A stretch of DNA of 61,087 nucleotides, filler included, from Barthelona sp. PAP020 (Eukaryota): NCBI GenBank assembly GCA_040182905.1. It is 10 parts of 10 records of this genome, joined end to end, with 100 filler letters (N's around TTAATTAATTAA, not from the genome) between each part and the next. Parts side by side here need not be neighbours in the genome. Positions count along the whole stretch, not along the records: positions 1 to 6,136 come from JARQWU010000562.1; positions 6,237 to 12,361 come from JARQWU010000563.1; 8 more parts are not named here. One strand, written 5' to 3'. This document shows, in pieces, positions 1-9,497 of the stretch. A program made the position numbers and the translations under genes. Every line of letters starts with the position of its first letter. Position 1 is the stretch's first letter. The notes below the pieces were generated by a model. The model saw only the letters and a list, made by a program, of their open reading frames with translations. It was not told the DNA's origin and did not search any database.

Positions 1-1
1 C

Positions 2-112
2 AAAACACCTGCCAAAAGACTTCCTGTTCTCAGCAGATCTCAAGTTCGTGAACTTCACAGTAAGAAGCCTGAAGCTGTTCGTGGTAAGAAGGTCAATCGT
101 AGAAGACAATAA
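2..112 (+). CDS. 3' end of a basic protein (partial, contig edge), possibly ribosomal
   Basis: Open frame from the window start reading KTPAKRLPVLSRSQVRELHSKKPEAVRGKKVNRRRQ*, with codon choice like highly expressed genes (cgt, aag, gtt). Family not recognised. Confidence 0.5.
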   Translation, partial: KTPAKRLPVLSRSQVRELHSKKPEAVRGKKVNRRRQ

Positions 113-388
113 GTGTATTTGTCACCTCCCGTAAATTCCATCTTTGCTTGATACTTTATTATTTTATATTTTTCAAATCTTTTGAATTTAAATAAGAAAT
201 TGGACAAAGTTGAAAAAGAAAGTCTTTCAACAGCAATTGACAAAAAAAAACTTCAAACACATAACTTCTTTACAAAACAATTTTAATTTTTTCCCTTTTT
301 GGAAAAAAAGTACTAAAAGGACTGAAATAATCAACATATCTGAATTTCAAATTGTTTTAATCTCAGTTAATATTTGTTTTTTCCATTA

Positions 389-3300
389 TTAGAACTCTTC
401 TTCTTCTTTTTCCAAAGAATCTACAAAGAGATGTTTCATATATTGAACAGCTTGAGGAACCATATCATCAGCAAATTCATCTAATATTCTAACAATATGA
501 GGTGTTGCCCCATAATCAATAAATTGATCTTTGATCATTGGTAACATTGCCAAATTACAAGTGATAACAAACAAAGATTGCAAACATTTTTCTCTAAGTG
601 TTTCATTTGATATACAATATTCAAGACATTTGGTAAGATGTTTCACCACTCCCGCCTTGGCAAAAATAGGTTTATTAAAATCATACATACTCAAAGCACA
701 CATGGCACCTGTGATTTCTTCTAAGACTTCAGGGTTTCTGAAATTCTTCTTGAAACTTTTAACCAATAAACCAATGGCACCATTGTCTGCTAAAATTTTT
801 CTACGTTCAGTTGAATTGGCATAAGTCCAAATAATACCAGCAATTTGTTCAATTACAGGTCCTGTAGCAAAATGCTTCTTTCCAACTGAAATGATTTTAC
901 TTAACAATTGTTTATGTAAAAACAAGGCCCTCAAATTCTTCTGAGAACTAAGATTCCAAATACTACCAGCAATTTGTCTGGTAGTATTTGGTTGAGTAGC
1001 AAATCTATCCAAATATTTTATTAATAAATTGGGAATATTTGATTGTTCAAACCTATCTTGATTTTCTTCGTCACCAAAAGATAAATTTCTAATGTTACCA
1101 CAACAGTACTCAATAACAACAGGATCATGTTCATATTGGGTCATTATTTTTTCAATTAACTCAATAACACCACCTTTACCAAATTCGCCTTTGTTTTCTT
1201 TATTAGCAGAAAGATTCCACATTGCTTTAATAGCAGACATTAAAATTCTTTTATTATCAATGTATTTTTCAGTAACTTCAATAATTGTAGGAATTACATC
1301 TTGATTTCTAAATTCGTCTCTATTACCAGTTTCAACAGATAAGCTCCAAATAATTTGGAATAATAATCCAATGATTTCAGGATTATCAATTTGATTCTTG
1401 CAAACTCCAGATAAAACCTCAATAAAACCAGCTTCACGTACTCTAGCAGCTCTATCTTCATTAAAAATATCCAAAAATGCTAAAGATATTCCATTAACAA
1501 TACCTTTATCACTTTCCCATACTTCTAAAAGTTCAGTAAATAACTCAAACACTTCAATTTCTTCAATCAACTTTTCATGATATCTTTCTGTGGGGCAAAA
1601 TGCTCTATATAATGAAACAATAGATTCGGTAATATCTCTATTCTCTTCAAAAGCATCAGAAGCATCATTAGCCAATCCAAAAGCATCATATTTAGCTATA
1701 ATTTCATGATTTGCTTCAACACCAACCAAACTAGATAACACATTCATTGCAGCACTTGTCAAACCAACTTGATTTTGACCAATAAACTTCTTTAATGAAG
1801 TCATGTTAAACTCAATGAATTCTTCATTACTAAGCATAGGTAATGTTTCTGGAACTTCTGAAGCTTTCCAAATAATGACCCATAAACTTTGACATAAACC
1901 AACATCATCAGAATATTTATCAAAAGCCAATCTAAATGGTGTAACAGCATCTTGTTTAAACATTTCAACCAAACATTTTTCAGATTTTAAAAATGCTGTT
2001 AAAACTTGACAAATAGTTAAAACAAAATCTCGATCGTCAATTTTTTGATTTAAGATTTGAATAATTTCTTTAATTGAACCATCATTAATAATGGGTTCAT
2101 GACATTCTTTGGAATTAATGATTTCTGCAAGTGTTTGTATGATTAATTCAGAATTTTCATTATTTGTCACTTTAATTAATAATGTACTAATACAATATTT
2201 AAATAACCCAGAATTAACAAAAGCAATTTTACTCTTTGTTGAATTGGTGACATCAGCAAGAAAATCAAATATACTAACCAATACTTTATTCTCATTGATA
2301 TAATGTTCACTCAATTGTTTAAAAGCTGAAAAAATTCCTTGCTCAATGAATGAAGTTTCACATTTTTCATTGATGTTACCTTCTTTATCTGTCATCATAG
2401 TACGAAACAATTTAAAAACTAGAATAATTGTCTCGTTAACATTCATAAATAGAATAATATTATTTAAAATAATATCAATGAAATTACTATCAACAAAAAC
2501 GTTAGTAACTGCTTTGTTTTTTGCTAGATTTCTTAAACTTTTCAAATATAATTGAATAATATCATCACTCTCATCTGCAAAATTTGGAATATAATCAGTT
2601 AAAGCTTTCAAAAACTTTTTATTGCTTCCCATTGCTAATTCACTCAATTTTTTGTTTTCCTTTAACATAGCAAAATTATACACACTGCTAAGCAATTCTT
2701 TTAATAAGGAAACATCCATCTTTTGTCCTAACAATTCCATAAATACACAAAAGAAAGAACTCTCCAATAAATTCTCCTTGAATCGTTCATTATTAGTCCC
2801 AACAAATATTGCAGTCGCTATGGTCATTGATTGTTCTTTGTTTTCCCTCCATATTCCTAATAATGCACTAAATGTCTCAGCAATCGATAAATCACATAAA
2901 GTATCAATTAAAACTTCATTGTTTAATAAAGGACAAATAAAACCTAAAACGCTTTGAAATTCTTCTTCATTTTCGGGTTCTAAATAAGTAATTCTCTTAA
3001 AATAATTCTTCATTCCTTCAGTAGTACACATTTTCTTCATAGCCTCATCAGAACATGATAGATTGAATAAAACCAAAGAAATATCCTTTATAAAAGTATT
3101 TTCATTGGTGTTCTTAGTAATTAAAGAATCAAATGCTTCGAATAAGTTGGATTCACTTAAAATTTTAGCAGCTTCAGCATTAGGTATAACAGTACATAGA
3201 CAAGGTAACATAATTTTTAAAAAATCTTTGTTTGTTTCAAAAGTGCCAACAATGCTACCTACTTGATTAAAGAAATCCAAATTCAAAAATTCAGGTTTAT

Positions 3301-3571
3301 TTGCTTCTGTAGTATTGGCAAAATCTCTCAAAACATGTGATAAACATGAAACAATACGAATACACACTTCCAATTCATCTTCAAACTTTCTTAACATTGG
3401 TTTGAAAAATGTAACAAACTCCGAATTTAATATGTCTTCACGAGTAACTTGATCTTCACTTATTAATTGTGTAATATCATCACAACAATCCATCACAACT
3501 TCCTTATCACTTAAATTATTTTTTAAACGATCTACAACTTGAGTAATAGATTCAGGTATTCCGTCAGACAT
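389..3571 (-). CDS. Armadillo (ARM) repeat protein, 1060 aa
   Basis: Long uninterrupted ORF with ~42-aa ARM-type repeats in the C-terminal third (AIKAMWNLSANKENK, CCGNIRNLSFGDEENQ, IAGSIWNLSS). Confidence 0.85.
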   Translation of the reverse strand: MSDGIPESITQVVDRLKNNLSDKEVVMDCCDDITQLISEDQVTREDILNSEFVTFFKPMLRKFEDELEVCIRIVSCLSHVLRDFANTTEANKPEFLNLDFFNQVGSIVGTFETNKDFLKIMLPCLCTVIPNAEAAKILSESNLFEAFDSLITKNTNENTFIKDISLVLFNLSCSDEAMKKMCTTEGMKNYFKRITYLEPENEEEFQSVLGFICPLLNNEVLIDTLCDLSIAETFSALLGIWRENKEQSMTIATAIFVGTNNERFKENLLESSFFCVFMELLGQKMDVSLLKELLSSVYNFAMLKENKKLSELAMGSNKKFLKALTDYIPNFADESDDIIQLYLKSLRNLAKNKAVTNVFVDSNFIDIILNNIILFMNVNETIILVFKLFRTMMTDKEGNINEKCETSFIEQGIFSAFKQLSEHYINENKVLVSIFDFLADVTNSTKSKIAFVNSGLFKYCISTLLIKVTNNENSELIIQTLAEIINSKECHEPIINDGSIKEIIQILNQKIDDRDFVLTICQVLTAFLKSEKCLVEMFKQDAVTPFRLAFDKYSDDVGLCQSLWVIIWKASEVPETLPMLSNEEFIEFNMTSLKKFIGQNQVGLTSAAMNVLSSLVGVEANHEIIAKYDAFGLANDASDAFEENRDITESIVSLYRAFCPTERYHEKLIEEIEVFELFTELLEVWESDKGIVNGISLAFLDIFNEDRAARVREAGFIEVLSGVCKNQIDNPEIIGLLFQIIWSLSVETGNRDEFRNQDVIPTIIEVTEKYIDNKRILMSAIKAMWNLSANKENKGEFGKGGVIELIEKIMTQYEHDPVVIEYCCGNIRNLSFGDEENQDRFEQSNIPNLLIKYLDRFATQPNTTRQIAGSIWNLSSQKNLRALFLHKQLLSKIISVGKKHFATGPVIEQIAGIIWTYANSTERRKILADNGAIGLLVKSFKKNFRNPEVLEEITGAMCALSMYDFNKPIFAKAGVVKHLTKCLEYCISNETLREKCLQSLFVITCNLAMLPMIKDQFIDYGATPHIVRILDEFADDMVPQAVQYMKHLFVDSLEKEEEEF

Positions 3572-4226
3572 TTAATGTAAATCTATTTAAAGAAAAAAAA
3601 AATTGAAAATTTTGTCTTTTTTGTTACATTTTATTTTATCACAAAAACATGACCAAACATCAAAAGTTTTGTAATCTTTCTATTTAAATACTATAATTTA
3701 CAAATAAAAAGAAGATTATGACTGTTATTTCCCTGAAACATTCTCCTTGAAGTTTGAAAAATAACATTTTAGTTATTTTTCACCTCCTTAAATACGCTTG
3801 ATGAGTTTTCATTGAATAAAGTTGTCAATGAAAAAGATCTTCAGAAAAATGAAAATTGGTTCCTTTTTTCATGCTAATACGATGAGTTGGCTTGTGAAGT
3901 TGATGCAAATATTGAATATTTGAATATCCTTATTGATTTTATGTGTAATTATATCATTTGATTTTCATCTTATAAATTTGTTGATTTTTTAATTTTCCCA
4001 TTCCTTTTAATCCACAAATAAATGAATTGAAAACTTTTTATGAAAAAAAAAAATTGAAATGAAATGAAATCAATTTTTTCTTGGGTCTTTTTGTTATATT
4101 CAATTTCAATTTCCACTGAAATTCATAATTCAATTGTTCAATGAGGAAAAAAATTTGGAAATTGTCCTTTCTTTTCAAAAGAAAAAAATTGATTTTGTGA
4201 ATCACATTTATTCTTTTTTTTTTAAG

Positions 4227-5225
4227 ATGAAATATTTATTTGCCATCGCCTTGTGCCTTGCTGTAACTTTCGCATCATTCTCTCACTTGCCTGATGAAGT
4301 TTTGGAAAGTTTACATGAAGAAGAAGCTCATGCTGAATTGTTCTCTCGTTTTTTGAAGACTCATGCCAAATTCTACTCTACTGAAGAACATGGTAACAGA
4401 TTTAAAACTTTCCGTGAAAATATTCGTCGTGTTCAATATCTTAACACCGTTGAACCTCATGCCACTTTCAGCGTTATGAACCGTTTTGGTGATGTCAGTC
4501 CTGTTGAATTTAGAAATACTTTCTTGCAAACTACTTCATTGAAGAAGGATATTCATCGTGAAACTGTTGAAGTTCAAGACTCTTTACCTTCCACCTTTGA
4601 TTGGAGAGATAGTGGTGCTGTCGCTCATGTTAAAGATCAAGGACAATGCGGTTCTTGTTATGTTTTCAGTGCTATTGGTAACATTGAATCTTTGAACAAG
4701 ATTAAGAATGGTGAAATGATCACTCTTGCTGAATCTGAAGTTGTTGATTGTGCCAAGGGACCTGGTCTTAATGGTTGCAATGGTGGTTTAATGACCAATG
4801 TTGATGAATGGATTATTCAAGAAGGTGGTGTCATGCCCGACAAGTATTACAAGTATCGTCCTTTTGCTTCCACTTGTAAGTTTGATAAGACAAAAGTTGC
4901 TGTAAAGATTACTGGTTTTAAGAAGGGTCCCACCAACGAAGATCAACTTCGTCAATTCTTACATGATAATGCTGCTTTATCTATTGCCGTTAATGCCAAT
5001 AAATTACAATTCTACTATGGTGGTGTTTTGAATGGAAGAGATTGCAATCCTCAAGAATTGGATCATGGTGTTTTACTTACTGGTTATGATGTTTCTGCTT
5101 CCAAGCCTTTCTGGTCTATTAAGAACAGTTGGGGTTCTTCTTGGGGTGAAGCTGGATATTTCCGTATTGAATATGGAACCGGTGCCTGTGGTTTGAACAC
5201 TATGGCTAGTACTGCTACCATGTAA
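4227..5225 (+). CDS. Papain-family (C1A) cysteine protease, cathepsin L/F-like preproenzyme
   Basis: ATG 4227 follows a T-tract and opens a signal peptide (MKYLFAIALCLAVTFA). I29 prodomain ERFNxQ-like motif (EHGNRFKTFRENIRRVQ). Catalytic motifs QGQCGSCY, LDHGV and IKNSWG. Confidence 0.95.
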   Translation: MKYLFAIALCLAVTFASFSHLPDEVLESLHEEEAHAELFSRFLKTHAKFYSTEEHGNRFKTFRENIRRVQYLNTVEPHATFSVMNRFGDVSPVEFRNTFLQTTSLKKDIHRETVEVQDSLPSTFDWRDSGAVAHVKDQGQCGSCYVFSAIGNIESLNKIKNGEMITLAESEVVDCAKGPGLNGCNGGLMTNVDEWIIQEGGVMPDKYYKYRPFASTCKFDKTKVAVKITGFKKGPTNEDQLRQFLHDNAALSIAVNANKLQFYYGGVLNGRDCNPQELDHGVLLTGYDVSASKPFWSIKNSWGSSWGEAGYFRIEYGTGACGLNTMASTATM

Positions 5226-6136
5226 ATGATTTTCAACATTTGAATGAAACATAATCATTTTAAAATAATGTAAATTTATGCATATTTTTTATTCATTGCT
5301 TGGGATTTTCTCTTTAATTTTACAAGAAATACATAAATTTGTTTCATTCTTTAAAATGAAATTGTGACCCATATATTACATTTTAAAGATATATAAGTCA
5401 TTGTTCACACTATCTTTTTCAAAGACAATATTGCAATGTGGTTTGTGGAGAACTGAAATACATTTGATTTTTCGAGACAAAGTGGGAGAACTGGTTTTAA
5501 AGACAGATATTTTATTTCTATATTTTTATCTGTGTGATACAATGCTCAAATAAAGAATAATTAAAAGAAAAGAAAAGTGCTTTAAATAAATGTTTACCAG
5601 TTTCTTTGTTGTGAATTTCTCCAAATAGTTTTAATAGGGGAGGGTTAATTTAAGAATTTACTGCAACTGTAGCAAAAATTTGACAAAAGAAGGTTTCCAT
5701 TTTTCTCTTTCTTTATAAATTACTGTAATCATTGGACTGTCACACGTCATATTATCACTTATTTCAGACTAAGAAGGAGGTGCATCATACAAAGAATAAC
5801 GGAATAATTTCTGAAAACCCTTTCGAAATCTCATAAATTTCCTTGGAGAATTAGATTCCTTTCAAAAAAAAGTTATAATTTTGAAGTTTTAACATTACAA
5901 AAATAAATAAATAGAGAGTTGTTTTTTTTCATATTTTCCCATTTGCAATTTAAATCAACCTTCAATCTTCACCTTTCTTTGGACGAAATTGGAATCTACA
6001 TAGTTGTATTTAAACCAATCAGCTAGGAATGTTGGTAAATTGGTCCAGTTGTGAAACAACTATATTTATTTACAAAGAAAGTAAACTTAGAAAATACATT
6101 CTGCCAGATTTCAGTCAAAATCCCAGGGGGGAATTG

Positions 6137-6236
6137 NNNNNNNNNNNNNNNNNNNNNNNNNNNNNNNNNNNNNNNNNNNNTTAATTAATTAANNNNNNNN
6201 NNNNNNNNNNNNNNNNNNNNNNNNNNNNNNNNNNNN
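6137..6236. other. Artificial contig linker
   Basis: N44-TTAATTAATTAA-N44, giving stops in all six frames. Confidence 0.98.
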
Positions 6237-6237
6237 A

Positions 6238-6429
6238 CTTGGGCTCAAACCCAGATCTGTTAATCGTGACAACTTTGATGAATTCATTGACCTTTCCATC
6301 AAAATGTATATCTCCAAATATCAATCGATCGCTGAAATAATGAGAAGTGCTTTTTTGGAATTCTCTGTTTTGGCCACAGATTTAGCAGTATGTAGCTTTG
6401 AGGATCTGATGGCTTTATGCGTGGTATAA
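6238..6429 (+). CDS. 3' end of hypothetical protein (partial, contig edge)
   Basis: Open frame from the contig start: LGLKPRSVNRDNFDEFIDLSIKMYISKYQSIAEIMRSAFLEFSVLATDLAVCSFEDLMALCVV*. Absent from the ORF track. Confidence 0.5.
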   Translation, partial: LGLKPRSVNRDNFDEFIDLSIKMYISKYQSIAEIMRSAFLEFSVLATDLAVCSFEDLMALCVV

Positions 6430-6863
6430 ATTGTCTTTGTGTCACTAATTTCTTTTTGATCAATAAAAAGAGTTTTTCCCATAAATTTCGCCACATAATT
6501 TCAATTATTTTGGCATAATTGTTTTGTTGGGGAATGAAATTAACTCTCATTGACATTTTGCATAACATAAACAAAAATGAACTGTTTTTTTTTTTCATAT
6601 TTGAAATAAGTATATTCATTTGCTTCACAGAGTAAATAGAAGGGGTATCACAGAAGTATTTTAGGTTGAAAGATTTATTGTAATTCTTCTTTAATGATTA
6701 ATAGAAGTCGAAGTTGAATATTCAGACTTACCTATCAATAAATCTTAAAAGCGTTTATTTGGAACATAAAAGCAGTACAAACAACTCTCATGCTTCTTTT
6801 GCACATAGTATTTTGTTCAACAGCCAAAAGGAGAAATGATCAATGAAAGCAAAAAAAAAAAAA

Positions 6864-7120
6864 TCCCACTTGTCAAACGACCTGGTTTTTTCTTGCAGAA
6901 AACCAACTTTTCAACTCCCAAAGGAATTAACCTTTGGTTGATTCCGATTAGTGGTCAAGTCTAATTTATGGAAAAATTTGAAATCTTAACTTCTTTATTC
7001 TGAAGCCACGCAGCCATACTCTTACAGTCCCCTAAGGAAGTGGTGCTGAGACATCGGTGCTCCCTATCGTTCGCTGAATAAGAAGCTAGGCAGTCAAATT
7101 TCTGGGTAACTGCCGTTCTC
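6864..7120 (-). ncRNA. Candidate structured ncRNA (~255 nt), family unidentified
   Basis: GC-enriched island in AT-rich intergenic DNA with at least five hairpins. G-U pairs extend the two main stems on the minus strand, which ends in a T13 run (Pol III terminator-like). Confidence 0.45.
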
Positions 7121-7376
7121 TTTTTTTTTTAATTTTGAGAGCCCTGGAGGTTTCTTTTCTCCCAAACCATAGAGTTGAAAAGTTTGTGTTTTATTATTAC
7201 AAGAAAAAAGACCTCGAACAATTTAAAAAATTGCCAAAAACTTTTATGAATTTATGTGATTGTACAAGTTTCAAGATAAAATTCACTCATAATTTTTTGA
7301 CTATTTAGAAGAATAACATCTTGGAATATTGGTGATATCTGAAAAACTAAATAAAGACTACGTGAAAGTTGAAGAA

Positions 7377-9407
7377 TCATGAATGAAAACCTGTTATTTT
7401 TGGCAATAAAAATGTCTCAACAGAGAAATTATTAGGCAATAACTCATCACAATACTGTTCATCGAACAAACAAATTTCTTTTTCAAAAGGTCCTTGTGGC
7501 AAATGATGCAAACAATCTGAAAAATGCTTCTTCCAACTTTCACAATCCTCATTCATAAAGAAATGACCAATAACACACCTATGAAGCTTGTAATTTTTGT
7601 TACACAATAAAATATGCCCAACAAATTTCAAATCCACAAATAACTGGTTAATTAAATGAAGGAATTGCATTTTAGAACATTTTTCGTCTGAAATCATTAT
7701 TAATTTAAGGGATTGAGGAATATCTGTGAATTTAAAAGGAACAATATCGAACAATTGCAAAGTTTTCAATTGAGAAAATTTATTCAATGAAAGAACATGA
7801 TCTTGAACAGGCAAAAATGGATGGCTAACTCTAAAACAGCTTATATGTTCAATCTTTGGGATATCAAACATTTGTAAAAGGTCAAAGTTACGAATAGCCA
7901 AAAACTTGAGGTTTGGAAAGCTGAAATGAAAAAGACAAATGTTTTCTTCCAAAAATAAAGTGTCAAAATGAACATTAAAAACTAGAGTTTTTAAATTCAA
8001 GCAATGCTCTTCCAATAACCTTAACAAACGATGTCCAAAACTCGATCTCAAAACTATTTCGATCTCACAATGTTCCAAATTTGGACTTTTTGACAGTATT
8101 TTCGTTAAATCAGTCTTACTACTGGCAGAACTTACAATATAGGTGAAACATTTAAGTTTGGGGAAATCAAATATAAAATTGGTGAACAATTTCTCGCAAT
8201 CGCGATAAATTAAACTGTAAATATTTCGACAATTATATCCATCATGAGTCACAAAGAAATGTCTGGCATAAAACCTCCATTCATCACATTGATCTAGGCT
8301 GACATAAAACTTTTTAAACATACAAGAAGCGTGTAACAAAGACCCTCTGGTTTTATCAGTATACATTACAGCCAAATCAAAAACATCTTTCATTCGCAAT
8401 TCTTCTTCATCTCTCAAAGTAACTAAATTGCGATTTTTCCATCGAACATAAAGTTCCTTTATCCACTTAAAGGGAGAAAATCCCGTCACTTCTCCATCAT
8501 TTATAATGGGTAAAATAAACTTTTTAAGTTCTTGTAAATCACTAAATTCATTACGACACATGTGATTGTCCTCGAATAATTGCTGAAACTTTGGAAAATA
8601 TTCATTCAACAAAGGAACAAATTCGTTGTTCTTGAACTCAACAATTTCTCTCAAAACCGCAAAAAAATTAACATCTCCACCGACACAATGTTCAAAAACC
8701 CGCTCATTTGTTATACATTCTCGCATATATCTGAAAAAAAAATCCAACTCCAACACATAATCATCAACTTGATGTGGAGAAGGCATAGACTTTTCTAGTT
8801 GTTGTTTTGCCTCTAACAAAGCTATTGGTTCATAATAATAGTGGGTTGAATTACGTATTCCACTCTTATGTGGTGAAACATAATCAAAAGGAACATTTTC
8901 ACCTTTAACATTGGATTGAACTCTTGTTACAATTGAAGGTATTTCAGCTAACTCAACATTTTCAGCCTTTTCAAAATACACTGGAACTTGAATGATGTAT
9001 GGAATTTTTTGCTCTTCAAAAAACTCAATCTCATCAATAGTCTTGGCTTTGAAGCATAAAGTCCATCCTTCATCGTTTAACTTTTGTGAAAGCCCAAACT
9101 CTTCTCGACTTATACTTACACGTTGAATATTTATCATTATATTGGTAACATCTTTATTGACACCAACATTATCAGTAATATTTCGTAAAATGGAAGGATC
9201 AAGAAATAAATTGATAAACATTTTTGTTAGAAACTTTTGAGATGGATTCATTTCTTCAAAATTATCGAAATATTCCAAAAATATCAAAGGAGAATATGTG
9301 AAGCTACTAAAATTTGAGGATTGTAAAATGGAATAGAATTCTTTGTCAATCTCATTAACAAAAATAAAATCTTCAGTTTCAAAATTCTTTTCATGTGATT
9401 CATTCAT
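7377..9407 (-). CDS. Hypothetical protein with C-terminal LRR-like region (F-box/LRR type)
   Basis: ~676-aa ORF with first ATG at 9407. LRR-like segments FPKLKCF, SPNLEHCEI, CLNLKTLVF, FPNLKFLAI, FSQLKTLQL. Confidence 0.7.
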   Translation of the reverse strand: MNESHEKNFETEDFIFVNEIDKEFYSILQSSNFSSFTYSPLIFLEYFDNFEEMNPSQKFLTKMFINLFLDPSILRNITDNVGVNKDVTNIMINIQRVSISREEFGLSQKLNDEGWTLCFKAKTIDEIEFFEEQKIPYIIQVPVYFEKAENVELAEIPSIVTRVQSNVKGENVPFDYVSPHKSGIRNSTHYYYEPIALLEAKQQLEKSMPSPHQVDDYVLELDFFFRYMRECITNERVFEHCVGGDVNFFAVLREIVEFKNNEFVPLLNEYFPKFQQLFEDNHMCRNEFSDLQELKKFILPIINDGEVTGFSPFKWIKELYVRWKNRNLVTLRDEEELRMKDVFDLAVMYTDKTRGSLLHASCMFKKFYVSLDQCDEWRFYARHFFVTHDGYNCRNIYSLIYRDCEKLFTNFIFDFPKLKCFTYIVSSASSKTDLTKILSKSPNLEHCEIEIVLRSSFGHRLLRLLEEHCLNLKTLVFNVHFDTLFLEENICLFHFSFPNLKFLAIRNFDLLQMFDIPKIEHISCFRVSHPFLPVQDHVLSLNKFSQLKTLQLFDIVPFKFTDIPQSLKLIMISDEKCSKMQFLHLINQLFVDLKFVGHILLCNKNYKLHRCVIGHFFMNEDCESWKKHFSDCLHHLPQGPFEKEICLFDEQYCDELLPNNFSVETFLLPKITGFHS

Positions 9408-9497
9408 TGGTCGGACCAATTAAGCTTGAAAAATATTCTAAAATGTTATGACCAAAAAAAAAGATTGAATTGAAATCCATTTTTTCTTATTGCTTTG

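Noticed and set aside
3785..3961. In-frame TAA as evidence of stop-codon reassignment
   Set aside because: No long gene in the window has an internal TAA/TAG, and conserved C-termini end at these codons.
4211..4229. Polypyrimidine tract plus AG before ATG as a spliced-leader trans-splice acceptor
   Set aside because: Several genes (SNARE, STC, RhoGDI, CCDC96) have no AG between the tract and the ATG, and gene orientation alternates rather than forming polycistronic runs.
4641..4670. CGSCY instead of CGSCW at the protease active site
   Set aside because: This is a known natural variant in C1A proteases (e.g. cathepsin C), and the Cys-His-Asn triad is intact.
7028..7040. CCCTAA as a telomerase RNA template in the structured element
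   Set aside because: It is a single hexamer with no extra alignment half-repeat, partly base-paired and on the less favoured strand.
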